Shown here one piece after another: positions 9,642-20,047 of a stretch of 64,000 nucleotides of DNA; within the stretch, counting starts at the first letter, position 1; each line of letters begins with the position of its first letter. A model generated the notes under the pieces. The model did no database searches and was not told where the DNA came from. It saw only the letters and a list, made by a program, of their open reading frames with translations. The position numbers and the translations under genes were made by a program. The DNA is taken from the NCBI GenBank assembly GCA_965223265.1, contig OZ244999.1, positions 6,464,001 to 6,528,000 on the forward strand. Reading direction: 5' to 3'. The DNA is from Planctomycetota bacterium (GTDB taxonomy: Bacteria > Planctomycetota > UBA8108 > SXIK01).

Positions 9642-10049
9642 TCGTAGCGCTCTCTCAAGCAAGGAATAGGGAGCAGTTGCCCTTCAACAGCGGACTTACG
9701 GGATCGGACCAGGTGGCGCCGCGACGCGCGCCCCATGGAGTCCATCAGCCCGTTGGTGACGCTGATCTGGCGCTGCGAGCCGCAATCTTTCACGGCAGTC
9801 GTCAGAATTCAGGAGTATATCGCACGACCGAGACGCCTTCAACGCCGCTAGCAGTCGGTTGTCCTACTACTGCAGGCTTCGAAGGGCAGAAAACGGCACT
9901 GCATTGCTCGCGCTGCGCCGAGACCGCCGGGAAAGCGGCACCCCCAAGGCCCGGCGCTCGCGTCGCGAGAGCAGGCGCTTCTCCCGGGACAAGTCGGCTT
10001 GCCCGGCTGCCCGGCGCCGGCAAGGCTCCGCCGGACACGCTTGTGCTGT

Positions 10050-11282
10050 CTAGCGCTGGGCGGCTGCCGCGGTGCTCTTTTTCGGAGGCTGCTCCTTGGC
10101 TCTGGCGTTGGGTGACTCGCGATAGGGAGGACAAAACTTGCGCCACTCATTCTCCCAACCTCGCGTGACGAGAAAACGCCCTTTCGACGACGTCGCGAGC
10201 CCGAGCCGACTCACCTTCTGAAACACTTCCTCGAGCACCTTGTCAGCAATGTGATAGACCCGCAGCTGCGTGCGATTCTCTGCCGTCAACCCGGGGTAGC
10301 GACTGGCGATGAGCACCGGCCTGGTGTCGAGGAGCGCATCGAGCGCCACGGGAACGACCTTCAGCCCCTGCCCTGCAATGCGCTGCACAATCGCTTCCGT
10401 CGTCAGCTCCGGCTGTCCCTCCTCGGTAGCCTCCGGCTGCACACTCAACTCCCCGAGCGTCAAGTAGAGGTCCGGCGAACCAAGAACCTCGCTCTGGCGC
10501 GACACACGCTCCCACAGCACGCTCGCCATGAGTCGGCGCACCTGCAGATAGGCATCTTTCTCACTCTTGACGTTCTCTTGGTGTAGGTCAGGCACCTCAA
10601 GCGCATCCAGAAGCTCGCCGGAGGGCGACATCACCGCTAGTTCGGCGTCGGCAACGACCTTGTAACCGAAGACGCGTCCCTGAGCCTTCAGATGTTTCAC
10701 AAAGCCAATCTGTACACTGCCCTCGACCCTATACTGCGCGTCTTCGATCGTCTCGACGATCCAAAACCCAGCGCGACGCAGATACTCTGCAAGGTAGCGC
10801 TCAACGACTTGGACATCGGGAATCCGCTGCTGCGACTCCGAGTCGACAATCGACTCACCGAAACGGAGGAAGACCTTACCCCGTTCGAACTTCACCGTCG
10901 CCGGGTTCGGTGGCTCACGCGTACGCGGTGGCAGCGCGCCGTCGGGAAGTGGCGCGAGCTCCCGGCCGCCGGCCGCGCTGGGTCGAGCGTTGGACGGCTC
11001 GGATTCCTTCGCCGTGGCCGGATCCCTATCCTTTGCAGCCTCTGATGTATCTTCTTTCGCTCTCTTCTCTTTCTTCTCTTCGCTCTCTTCTTTCGCCGCG
11101 GCCTTTTCTCGCGTCTCCGCCTTGCCCCCTTTTGCCGAGCTCGCGGCTTTGTCAGTCTGCACGGACTTCTGATCGCCACCGATCCCACGTGCGCACACGG
11201 CCATTGTCAAAGTCAGCGCAAACACAACAGCGCGACGAGAAAGCCGCGTCCAGCGCATCGATTCATAGCGCTCCATCGACAA
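10050..11282 (-). CDS. Hypothetical exported protein with a charged low-complexity linker
   Basis: 410-aa ORF, GGAGG RBS, signal-like N-terminus, K/E-rich spacer. Confidence 0.65.
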   Translation of the reverse strand: MSMERYESMRWTRLSRRAVVFALTLTMAVCARGIGGDQKSVQTDKAASSAKGGKAETREKAAAKEESEEKKEKRAKEDTSEAAKDRDPATAKESEPSNARPSAAGGRELAPLPDGALPPRTREPPNPATVKFERGKVFLRFGESIVDSESQQRIPDVQVVERYLAEYLRRAGFWIVETIEDAQYRVEGSVQIGFVKHLKAQGRVFGYKVVADAELAVMSPSGELLDALEVPDLHQENVKSEKDAYLQVRRLMASVLWERVSRQSEVLGSPDLYLTLGELSVQPEATEEGQPELTTEAIVQRIAGQGLKVVPVALDALLDTRPVLIASRYPGLTAENRTQLRVYHIADKVLEEVFQKVSRLGLATSSKGRFLVTRGWENEWRKFCPPYRESPNARAKEQPPKKSTAAAAQR

Positions 11283-11624
11283 TCCTCCGGTGTGACGTAA
11301 CCATCTCTCGAACCGACGACAAGCGCCAAGCCCCGTGGTGGCTAGTTCGCGGCGTGACGACGGTTCCTTCCTTAAACTTAGACGCCGACCGGCAGAAAAT
11401 CTGGCGGAAAAACCGACTTTGCCCCCAACTCCTACAAAGAATGGCGGGAAAGAGTGCGGCGGTGCGCCGTTTCGAGGCGAGGCGGATACGCGAAGGGTAC
11501 TTCGCGGGAGGTGAGCATGGCCAACTCGGCGGCAGCGTCGCTCCTGGCTTCCTTTGCCGGACCGAAGGCGCCTATTGTGTCACTTCTTTGCCGGGTTGAG
11601 GGTCAAAACGAAGTCGAAACCGCC

Positions 11625-11684
11625 GCCGTACAGAGCCGTACAGAGCCGTACAGAGCCGTGCAGAGCCGTGCAGAGCCGTGCAGA
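11625..11684. repeat. 10-bp tandem repeat GCCGT(A/G)CAGA x6 (VNTR)
   Basis: Three A-type units followed by three G-type units, intergenic downstream of dapF. Confidence 0.95.
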
Positions 11685-11733
11685 GGCAGCAGCTCACTGC
11701 GCCCTTGCCATGCTTCGGCGTCATCCTCGGCGT

Positions 11734-12804
11734 CTATGACTCGGTGTGCGGGAAAGGCGCCAGCGTTGAACGCCCCGGCGCTCGAGCGAGGGGCTCACGA
11801 ACGCCCGTTGCCACCGTCGGGTGCGGCGAGTACGGCCAAGCCCCGGCGAACACTTCCACCGCCGGCCCTGTCATGTGCACCGCTCCGCATCGACTCAGAC
11901 CCGGGTTCTCCCAGCGAATCTTCAGCTCGCCGCCGCGAAGACGCAGCGTCGCCTCTGGCTCGGCGCGGCCGCTGAGCACGGCACTCACCAGGACTGCGCA
12001 TGCACCCGTACCGCAGGCAAGGGTCTCGCCGCTGCCGCGCTCCCACACGCGCAGCTCGATTTCAGTCGGCGAGATCACACTGACGAACTCGACGTTCGTG
12101 CGCTCAGGAAACGATGGGTGATTTTCGAAACGAGGCCCCCACTCTGTAACAGAGAAACCCGCCAACGGCGTCGCGTATGGCAGCGCCGCAGCGCGCGCAA
12201 ACGCGCTGTCGCTTCTAAGTGGTTGCGGCTGGCTCGGAAGAAACGTCACCGCGTGGGGGTTGCCCATCGAAACAGTCGTGACGCGAAACTCGGTACCGCC
12301 CACCTGCAGCGGTACGTCGATCGCCGGCGCGTCTGCTGCGCCACCGTCGACAAACGGCACCGAGCCGCGGCGCAGCTCTGGCGGCCCCATATCAACCTCA
12401 ACGAGCGACTCACGGCCGCAAGTGCTGGCGACAATGGAGACGCACCGCGCTCCCGCATCCGTATCGACGACGAAAGTTGTCTCTTCGACTAAGCCGTGAT
12501 CGAAGGCGTACTTCGCTACGCAGCGCAGGCCGTTACCGCACATGCCGGCGCGTGAGCCATCCGCGTTGTACATCTCCATGCGGCAAGCCGCGTGGCGCGA
12601 GCGCGGCGGCTTGATGAGGATGAGCCCGTCGGCGCCGACTCCGAAGTGGCGATCCGAAATCTGCCGCGCTAAATCGGCCACCTTGGGCGTCCCCGCAAGG
12701 AACTTCGAGGCAGCCGCAGCCCCCTCGGAGGCCACGTCGATGTAGACGTAATCGTTCCCGAGGCCCTGCATCTTGGTGAACCTCAGCACCTCCGTCCTCT
12801 TCAC
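11734..12804 (-). CDS. dapF: Diaminopimelate epimerase
   Basis: FTKMQGLGNDY, MCGNGLRC, SMGNPH, ERGSGETLACGTG. Confidence 0.95.
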   Translation of the reverse strand: MKRTEVLRFTKMQGLGNDYVYIDVASEGAAAASKFLAGTPKVADLARQISDRHFGVGADGLILIKPPRSRHAACRMEMYNADGSRAGMCGNGLRCVAKYAFDHGLVEETTFVVDTDAGARCVSIVASTCGRESLVEVDMGPPELRRGSVPFVDGGAADAPAIDVPLQVGGTEFRVTTVSMGNPHAVTFLPSQPQPLRSDSAFARAAALPYATPLAGFSVTEWGPRFENHPSFPERTNVEFVSVISPTEIELRVWERGSGETLACGTGACAVLVSAVLSGRAEPEATLRLRGGELKIRWENPGLSRCGAVHMTGPAVEVFAGAWPYSPHPTVATGVREPLARAPGRSTLAPFPHTES

Positions 12805-12877
12805 TTCGCTTCACTCCCTCCCTTCACTGACACCCCAAATTCACGCCGCGGCCCGATTCGTCGCGCTGCGGCGAAGT

Positions 12878-13984
12878 CTATCGCCGTCCAGGCTGTCGTC
12901 GCCGTTTCTCCCTCGAGTTCTTCTTGGCAGCCCGCAGAACGACCTTGCCGGTGCCGCGCGTGATCTCACCAATGTGAGCCGCCGGAACACGGAGATCCCT
13001 CAAGTGCTGCAGGATAGAGTCGCAAAAAAAGCGCGAGACGACGAGGACCATACCGATTCCCATGTTGAAGACGCGGAACATTTCGCGGTCACTGATCGCC
13101 CCCTTCGTCTGCAACCAATCGAAGAGCGGCGGCACCTCCCAACTGCCCTTGCGAATCACGGCGTTGACCGAACCCGGGAGCACCCGCGGTACGTTCCCAA
13201 CAAGGCCTCCGCCAGTGATATGAGCCATGGCGTGGATCACACGCTTACGCCGGTACAGTGCCAGCAAACGACGGATGGGCTGGACGTAAATACGTGTGGG
13301 TTCGAGAAGGGCCTCACCGAGAGTGGTCTCAAGCCCGCGAGGGCGACTATGCAGTTTGGCGCGACTGAGCGAAATCACTCGTCGCACGAGAGAATAGCCG
13401 TTCGAATGCACACCGCTCGACGCCAAGCCGATGATCTGATCGCCCGGGGCGACGGCATCGCCGAGGATCAACCGCGACTTCTCCGCCACGCCGACGGCAA
13501 AGCCGGCAAGGTCGTAGTGCCCATTCGGGTAAAAGCCCGGCATCTCAGCAGTTTCACCGCCGAGGAGAGCGCATCCCGACTCGCGACAGCCCGCCGCGAT
13601 ACCCTTGACGATGTCGGCGACGGTCTGCGGCTTCAGCTTGCCGACGGCCACATAGTCGAGAAAGAAGAGCGGCTCGGCGCCTTGGACGATGAGATCGTTG
13701 ACGCACATCGCGACGAGGTCAACGCCAACCGTATCAGCGCGCCCAGTACGAAACGCGATCTCGAGTTTCGTTCCGACCCCGTCGGTGCAAGCCACGAGCA
13801 CGGGGTCCTTCAAGTCTCGGCGGAGCAGCCCCTTGGGGTAGTCGAGCTGGAAAAGCCCAGCAAATCCACCGTGGCTGCCGTTCAAGACCTGCGGAGTGTA
13901 CGTGCTGCGGACGTGATTCGTGATCAAGCGAACCGCGTTGTCACCGGCGTCGATATCGACGCCGGCGTCTTTGTAACTGACCAT
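12878..13984 (-). CDS. purM: Phosphoribosylformylglycinamidine cyclo-ligase (AIR synthetase)
   Basis: YKDAGVDI, TDGVGTK, GGETAEMPG, SSGVHSNGYSL, AHITGGG, FNMGIG. Confidence 0.96.
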   Translation of the reverse strand: MVSYKDAGVDIDAGDNAVRLITNHVRSTYTPQVLNGSHGGFAGLFQLDYPKGLLRRDLKDPVLVACTDGVGTKLEIAFRTGRADTVGVDLVAMCVNDLIVQGAEPLFFLDYVAVGKLKPQTVADIVKGIAAGCRESGCALLGGETAEMPGFYPNGHYDLAGFAVGVAEKSRLILGDAVAPGDQIIGLASSGVHSNGYSLVRRVISLSRAKLHSRPRGLETTLGEALLEPTRIYVQPIRRLLALYRRKRVIHAMAHITGGGLVGNVPRVLPGSVNAVIRKGSWEVPPLFDWLQTKGAISDREMFRVFNMGIGMVLVVSRFFCDSILQHLRDLRVPAAHIGEITRGTGKVVLRAAKKNSREKRRRQPGRR

Positions 13985-14149
13985 GTCGCCTCAAGGTTTT
14001 CGAAACGATGTTGCTGTCGTTCCTCTCTACCGGCCACCGCGTCGCGATGCAAGGAAAGACGGCTGCCGATGGTGAAGACGACCCAACGCGGTGCCCACAC
14101 GCGCGCGACGAAACAGGCTCTCTCGTTCGCGGCGGCACCGCTCGATCGG

Positions 14150-14878
14150 TCAGCTCGTCGATCGCTTGGGTTCTTCCCGGGCGCCAGGCGGCCGATCAGG
14201 GCCAACCGGGACGTCGGCCGCGCTCTCCGTAACTCCGACTGGAGCGCCGCTCTCTGGCGCCGGCGCCCGTTGATCTCCTGGTTTTTCCGTGGTGCCGGAT
14301 TCCCGACGCCCGCGGACGCGCTCCAGCGCTCGATCGATCTCCCATGACCACTTGCCTTCGACATCAAGTTTGGCGGCACGCCTGAGTGCCCGGCGAGCTT
14401 GATGCGGCGGCGCAAAGTAAGAAAGGACAACCCCAAGTCGCAGCTGCGCCTCGACGTCGAGGCGGTCTAAACGGAGACAAGCGGCGAACTTTTCGGCAGC
14501 GTGCGGCAAGTCGCCGCGCACGTAGGCAAACATGCCGCTTTTCAGGCACTCGTCGCGGAGGTCACGCTCAGCCCTGACGCGCACCGGACGCGTACGCCAA
14601 AAGAGCTCGATCCACTGCGCGCACCAGAGAAGAACGAAAAGCAGTCCGGCCGTGCGTGTCCAAAACGTTCGGTCGGGGCCGGTGTAGAAGAAGTAGGCGT
14701 ACGTAAAGAGAAAGAAAAACGGCATGCACAACATGAAGAAGAGAAGGCCCTGCCGTTCGCGGCCCCAACAGATGTGTCCCCAGCCGGGGATCACTCCCAA
14801 GACGAGGGACAGTAGTCGCGAGCGCTGCGGAGAGGCTGGCGGCAATTCAACCTGCGAAACGGAGAGCGGTTCGTCCAT
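14150..14878 (-). CDS. Membrane protein with C-terminal TPR
   Basis: IPGWGH motif, two to three TM segments, then TPR-like helices. Confidence 0.7.
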   Translation of the reverse strand: MDEPLSVSQVELPPASPQRSRLLSLVLGVIPGWGHICWGRERQGLLFFMLCMPFFFLFTYAYFFYTGPDRTFWTRTAGLLFVLLWCAQWIELFWRTRPVRVRAERDLRDECLKSGMFAYVRGDLPHAAEKFAACLRLDRLDVEAQLRLGVVLSYFAPPHQARRALRRAAKLDVEGKWSWEIDRALERVRGRRESGTTEKPGDQRAPAPESGAPVGVTESAADVPVGPDRPPGAREEPKRSTS

Positions 14879-14979
14879 GTTCGGCCGCGATTATACGCAA
14901 CGGGCATCGGAAACGAAACTGCGGGACAAGAGCGGAGACGGAGACGGAAGCACCGCCCCCGATCTTCGTCGAGCTCGAG

Positions 14980-16107
14980 CTACTGTCGCTGCCGCGAGGA
15001 GGGTGCCGCTGGCGGCGCACTGGCAGCTGGTGTCGACAGCGACTCCGCGCTCGTCGGCGCCATCGCTCGAACGAACTCAGCGGCGGCGCTCTCGGGATCA
15101 ACCGCGTCGAGGATGGCCGCGCCCACCGCCACTCGCCCGATGCCGACACGACGCAAGTCCGTCAGACGGGTAGATTGGATGCCACCGATGGGAAACACCG
15201 GAAGCGAAGCGACCCGGTAAAGCTGGGCCGCTCGGTCGACCCCCAGCGGTGTCTCATGATCCCTCTTCGTCGACGAGGGGAACAGCGGGCCGATGCCGAC
15301 ATAATCCGCGCCCTGTCGCTCCGCCGCTTCGATCTCGCTCTCGTTGTGAGTCGAGAGACCAACGAGGACCTCGCCAGCCACTTCCCGCACAGCGCTGAGC
15401 GGTAAGTCGTCCTGCCCAACGTGAACGCCGTCCGCATGGACGATGCGGGCGATGTCAGGCCGCTCATTGATCAGGAGGAGCGCAGCAAACTCCGCGGTCA
15501 GCTCTCGCAGGCGCACGCCGAGCTGCAGAACGTCGCCGTCCGAAACTCCCTTCGCCCGCAGCTGTACCAGCCGCACGCCGCCTTGGAGCGCGGCGCGCAC
15601 AGCCGCAAACGGAAACGACGTCCCGGCTGCGCAGGTGGCGATCAAATAGACGCGCGCAGCCGCCAGTGCGGCCGCGCGTGCCGGCGGCTGGACGAGGCCT
15701 TGCAGCCGCTTCTCGGTGCCATAGAGCGAGTAGCGAACAGCCTCGAGCTCAGGCATCGACTCGGGTGCGGCGATCCGACAGCTCTCCTGCAGCACTCGAA
15801 GGGCTTCTTTTGCCCGCGACAGATTGCGCCAGGCGAGGTCAGCTGGCTGCAGGGACGGGGCGTCGATCGACTGATCACGCCCGACGTCGGCTTCAATGTC
15901 GCGCGCCGCAAGCAACCGCTCCCGAGTTAGTCCGGAGAGGGCCAAGGCGGCGAAAACGCGGTGCCGCAACTCTTGAAGCGAAGCGGCTGCCAGTGCCAGG
16001 TTCCAGTGAAATCTGCACACGTCCTCGACGACCCGCAGCGCTTCGGTGACGCGGTTCAAGTTCGCGTCGATGAGTCGAAGCAGACTAGTGGGCTTGTCGG
16101 AATTCAT
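14980..16107 (-). CDS. thiE: Thiamine-phosphate synthase with N-terminal ThiD2-like domain
   Basis: RLIDANLNR..EALRVVED N-domain; VQLRAK, DGVHVGQDD, GLSTH, SSTK, PIGGI. Confidence 0.9.
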   Translation of the reverse strand: MNSDKPTSLLRLIDANLNRVTEALRVVEDVCRFHWNLALAAASLQELRHRVFAALALSGLTRERLLAARDIEADVGRDQSIDAPSLQPADLAWRNLSRAKEALRVLQESCRIAAPESMPELEAVRYSLYGTEKRLQGLVQPPARAAALAAARVYLIATCAAGTSFPFAAVRAALQGGVRLVQLRAKGVSDGDVLQLGVRLRELTAEFAALLLINERPDIARIVHADGVHVGQDDLPLSAVREVAGEVLVGLSTHNESEIEAAERQGADYVGIGPLFPSSTKRDHETPLGVDRAAQLYRVASLPVFPIGGIQSTRLTDLRRVGIGRVAVGAAILDAVDPESAAAEFVRAMAPTSAESLSTPAASAPPAAPSSRQRQ

Positions 16108-16318
16108 GGCAGCGCCTCAACGGGGTCGTTGATCGAAAAGATCATCTCCCCTCCACTTCGCGCGCTGCAGTCGAAGGCGCGGGATGCCGACGAGCCGCCA
16201 CAGTCGATGGCAAACTCGAAAGACCGGCGAAGCGCCACGCCCGCATTGTCGCATCAAATCACGCGGCCGCCTCCGCAGCGCTGACGGCGATCGACGACCA
16301 AAGAACGCGCAAGCTAAA

Positions 16319-16930
16319 CTAGACTTCTACCTCCTCGGCAGCGCGCAGCGCATTGCGCAGGCCGCTGACGACGAGGTGCACGGCAATCATGTGGGCATTC
16401 TCGGCAATCTCCATGTCGAGGACACCGCAGTGGATGCTCAAGTCGACCGACGACTTGAGTTTGCCGCCGTTGAAACCCGTCATGCCGCAAACGAAGAGAC
16501 CGTTGTCCTTCGCCCACTTGACAGCGCTAAGAATGTTCGGACTGTTGCCCGAACCACTGATTGCGATGAGTACGTCTCCTGGCGAGGCGTTCGTGATCAG
16601 CTGCTCCCGGAAGACGGTCTCGAACCCGCAGTCATTTCCAAGCGCACTGATAAACGGCACCGAGTCGGTCAAGCTGAGCACCCGAAGGCGCTTCGGCTCG
16701 TCCATACTCTTGAGAATCCCTTTGGCGAGATCCTCCGCGAAGTGCGACGCGGTCGCCGCGGAGCCACCGTTGCCACAGATAAAGACTCGAGTGCCGTGCT
16801 CGTAGGCTTCATGAAGTTTGTCAACGAGCGTCTTCACGGCGGCGATATCGATCCGCTGTAGCACCTCGATCGTCCGTTCGATGTGATCGTGCATCCCCTT
16901 TTCGATCGCGGTTTCTGGGCTTCCCACCAT
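16319..16930 (-). CDS. gmhA: SIS-domain sedoheptulose-7-phosphate isomerase (GmhA-like)
   Basis: CGNGGSAATASHF, ALGND, ISGSGNSPN; start codon uncertain. Confidence 0.75.
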   Translation of the reverse strand: MVGSPETAIEKGMHDHIERTIEVLQRIDIAAVKTLVDKLHEAYEHGTRVFICGNGGSAATASHFAEDLAKGILKSMDEPKRLRVLSLTDSVPFISALGNDCGFETVFREQLITNASPGDVLIAISGSGNSPNILSAVKWAKDNGLFVCGMTGFNGGKLKSSVDLSIHCGVLDMEIAENAHMIAVHLVVSGLRNALRAAEEVEV

Positions 16931-17125
16931 CTTCGAATCCTCGATTCTTGCCTGATTCTCTCTACGGCGAACCACATTCCTGCGAAGCCGCCTGCTCTCC
17001 ACTTCTACGGACGCTTCAATCATGCGAGCCGCAGATTGTAGCCAAGATGCGGCGAGACGAACTGTAAAAAATCGCTCTTTTTCGGCTCGCGTACCGTTGA
17101 AATCCAGTGAAAACCCGCCACACCT

Positions 17126-19156
17126 CTACGAGGAGCCCGTCGCCGATGCGAGGGGCCGGTCGGCTGGCTTCTCGATCTGGTAGACGCGGAGTTTCTCATA
17201 CAGCGTCGAACGATTGATGCCAAGAATTTGGGCGGCCCGGCGCTTGTTCCAGTTGACGCTCTGGAGGACGCGGGCGACGTGCTGCGCTTCCAGTTCGTTG
17301 AGTGACACGAAGGGCTGGGGATTGTCGTCATGACGCAGCTCAGTAGGTAGATTCTCGGGGTATATCGTCCGGCCGCTCGCGAGCAGTACGGCTTGTTCTA
17401 TGCAATTCTTCAGCTCGCGGATGTTCCCCGGCCAATGATAGGCGAGAAGCAGCTCCTTGGCCCGCGGCGACAGATCGAGCGGCCCCACTCCCTCCTGCGC
17501 GTAGAGCGAGAGGAAATGCTGCACCAGTGGCAAGATGTCGTCGCGACGATCTCGGAGCGGGGGAAGCTCAATCTTGAAGACCTTCAGACGGTAGTAGAGA
17601 TCCTCGCGAAACTCGCCGTTGTCGACCGCCTTCAGCAGCACCTTGTTGGTTGCCGCGACGATGCGCAGGTCGACGGGAATGCCTTCCTGACCGCCAAGGC
17701 GATCAACGACGCGCTCCTCCAACACGCGGAGGATCTTCGCCTGCGTCGCGAGGCTCATGTCGCCGAGTTCATCAAGGAAGAGAGTGCCGCCGTCCGCAAG
17801 CTCAAATTTGCCGGGCTTGCCTTGTGGGTTGCTACCCGCGATTCCGGAATCCGGCACGTAGCCAAAAAGCTCACTCTCCAGCAGTGTCTCAGGGATAGCC
17901 GCGCAGTTGACGGCCACGAACGGGCTACCGCGACGCGGGGAACGATCGTGTATGGCGCGCGCAACGAGCTCCTTGCCGGTTCCGCTCTCGCCCGAGATCA
18001 ACACGGTCGTATCAAACTGGGCGACTTTCTTGATCTTGCGAAGGAGTTCCTTGGAGAGAGAACTGACGGCAACCATGCGGTTCTTGTGATGCAAGATCGA
18101 CTTGAGCTCGATGTTTTCCTGCTGAATCTGCTGATAGAGCTCGTCCTTCTCAAGCGCCATGGAGATCAGGTGCGAGAGGATGCTTCCGAAGTAGAGGTCC
18201 GCCTGGCAGAAGCTCTCAGAAGCCTCGCGGTTGTCGAGGTAGAGAACACCGATCACCTCCTCACCGTGGAAGATCGGCAGGCACATGGCGCTCTTGATTT
18301 TCAAACGGACGATGCTCTTCGAACTCTTCGGGTCGAATTCCGCCTGCGGCGGTGCCGCGGGTCTCTCAGCGTCCGCACCGCCAAGCGCGACAGAATCGGT
18401 GCCGTTAGAGCTCGCGACAGCGGAATCCCCAACCGCAATATCCTGTTCAACGTGAGGGCAGAACAGAATCGAGACGCCGTCGCGACGGACGCGCTCGACG
18501 ATCGTGTGGCTGTAGGAACGCCCGCGAATCCGCCCTCGATTCTTCTCAGCGACGATCTCCAACTGCAGGTCCGGCGCAAAGAAACCGACGAAGCCGCGAA
18601 TGACGGTCAGGTTGTCAAAGACGGTCTCGAGCGCTGCTTGGAGCAACTTCTGGCGGTCGGAGATATTGCGAATGAGGTCACTGAAGTTCTGGAGAATGCG
18701 CAGGTTCTTGTCCGAGCGATTCGATAACGTCTCCGCCGTCTGGAGCGATGGCAGAGTGTCCTCAACCGACGAGACGCGACGAACTCCGGAGCGGCGAAAC
18801 AGCGCGAGAGCCTCGCGAGCATCGACGATGAGGGGGGCGGGGTCTTCGATGGACTCTTGGCCGCTGGCGTTGTCGCCGGAAAAAACGATCTCGGTGTCGC
18901 CGACCTTGATCACATCGCCTGCAGTCAGCGTGTGGCTAATCACCTCAGAGCGATTGACCCGGAGAGGATTGCGCCCGCCGATGTCCTGAAGCACAAACTT
19001 GCTGCCACGAGCGATGATGACGGCGTGCTGCCTGGAGACGAGCGGATCGTCGAGGACGAGGTCCATGGCTCGGTCGCGACCGAGAAACACCGGACTTTTC
19101 TCGCTTTCGAATTGGCGCGCAGGCCGCTCCTTCGGGCGAACTTCTAGTCTTAACAC
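17126..19156 (-). CDS. FHA-GAF-AAA+-Fis HTH enhancer-binding-type transcriptional regulator
   Basis: FHA (LGR, VSRQHA), GAF (SAMCLPI, GVLYLD), GESGTGKE, TLFLDE, FREDLYYRL, WPGNIREL, HTH; start placed at GTG 19156. Confidence 0.9.
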   Translation of the reverse strand: MLRLEVRPKERPARQFESEKSPVFLGRDRAMDLVLDDPLVSRQHAVIIARGSKFVLQDIGGRNPLRVNRSEVISHTLTAGDVIKVGDTEIVFSGDNASGQESIEDPAPLIVDAREALALFRRSGVRRVSSVEDTLPSLQTAETLSNRSDKNLRILQNFSDLIRNISDRQKLLQAALETVFDNLTVIRGFVGFFAPDLQLEIVAEKNRGRIRGRSYSHTIVERVRRDGVSILFCPHVEQDIAVGDSAVASSNGTDSVALGGADAERPAAPPQAEFDPKSSKSIVRLKIKSAMCLPIFHGEEVIGVLYLDNREASESFCQADLYFGSILSHLISMALEKDELYQQIQQENIELKSILHHKNRMVAVSSLSKELLRKIKKVAQFDTTVLISGESGTGKELVARAIHDRSPRRGSPFVAVNCAAIPETLLESELFGYVPDSGIAGSNPQGKPGKFELADGGTLFLDELGDMSLATQAKILRVLEERVVDRLGGQEGIPVDLRIVAATNKVLLKAVDNGEFREDLYYRLKVFKIELPPLRDRRDDILPLVQHFLSLYAQEGVGPLDLSPRAKELLLAYHWPGNIRELKNCIEQAVLLASGRTIYPENLPTELRHDDNPQPFVSLNELEAQHVARVLQSVNWNKRRAAQILGINRSTLYEKLRVYQIEKPADRPLASATGSS

Positions 19157-19685
19157 TTCAACCTCGTGATTGCGTACCGTTGGCGCGGCGGCGACATAAG
19201 CGATGGTGTCCGCGCACCGCACCGAGCGCCGTACCGAGCGCCGGAGAATCGTGAACCAAGCGGCTCGCCCGCAGGCAGGCGGCTGCCCCTCGTCGTGCGA
19301 GGAAGGCCAGCGCAGCCGAGGACCCGCCGTCAGCGCCAAGCGAAAACCCGATTTCCACTCCACAAGCCGACCGTTGTCGGGCGACTCGAATCAATATCTC
19401 TTGCGTTGACTGTGAACTCTTTCCGACCCGATCCCACCGCGATTTCGCATCCGCCCGCACTCCAGAGACGACTGCAAACGTCGGCTCCGGAGTCCCCGCT
19501 CGTACGCCCTCAGAGGAGCTCGTGAGCACCGCTTCGCGCCGCGCATCCCTCTCCGAGCGGCTCCTCGGAGCGAGCTGCCGGCGACGGCTTTGAGACACCC
19601 TTGAGACCCTACCACTGCGGAAGGCCGATAACCTAACGCAGCGCGAAGGCGGTGTCAAGGGGTTCGGCACCGAGGGACTATCATA

Positions 19686-19710
19686 AACCATTGATTATCA
19701 ATGACTTAAG
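19686..19710. promoter_or_regulatory. Palindromic double IHF-consensus site
   Basis: TAAACCATTGATTATCAATGACTTA matches WATCAANNNNTTR on both strands, in an AT-rich patch between divergent genes. Confidence 0.55.
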
Positions 19711-20047
19711 AAAGTTAAAAAGAGTGCTGGAAAGACCAACGTCCGAAAATCCAACGCGACCCGACTGTACACCAAAACTGCGACGAACCCAAAGACCGTT
19801 GTCAAAGTTTTCCCAGAACCGCTGCCTGCCGATGACCGCCGCCATCGTTGAACGTTCGACTTTGCCAAGACTTGGCGAGGAGCCGCGCAGCGCGAACACC
19901 GCAGGGCAGAGCGCGCCTGGTATTGCGTCCCGGAGCAATTCTCAGCTCGCCAGCTGGCGAGCTTCAGATCAGACGTGAGGCGTGATAAAGTGAGCGATCC
20001 GCCGCGCCGCCACTGACGCGGCCCGCCCCGGCCAGGACAACCAACCG

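Noticed and set aside
9700-9790. Riboswitch upstream of the sulfur-carrier operon (GCTGATGGACTCC resembles the fluoride riboswitch 3' end)
   Set aside because: The matching 5' motif is missing, SAM-I and Moco motifs are absent, and the gene context does not fit
11625-11684. Possible CRISPR array
   Set aside because: 10-bp head-to-tail units with no spacers and no cas genes
12773-14347. 524-aa plus-strand ORF (likewise 17393..18727, 42093..43403, 52143..53495, 40886..42073, 35018..36100, 8220..9296)
   Set aside because: Antisense shadows of well-supported minus-strand genes, common in GC-rich DNA; no recognisable motifs
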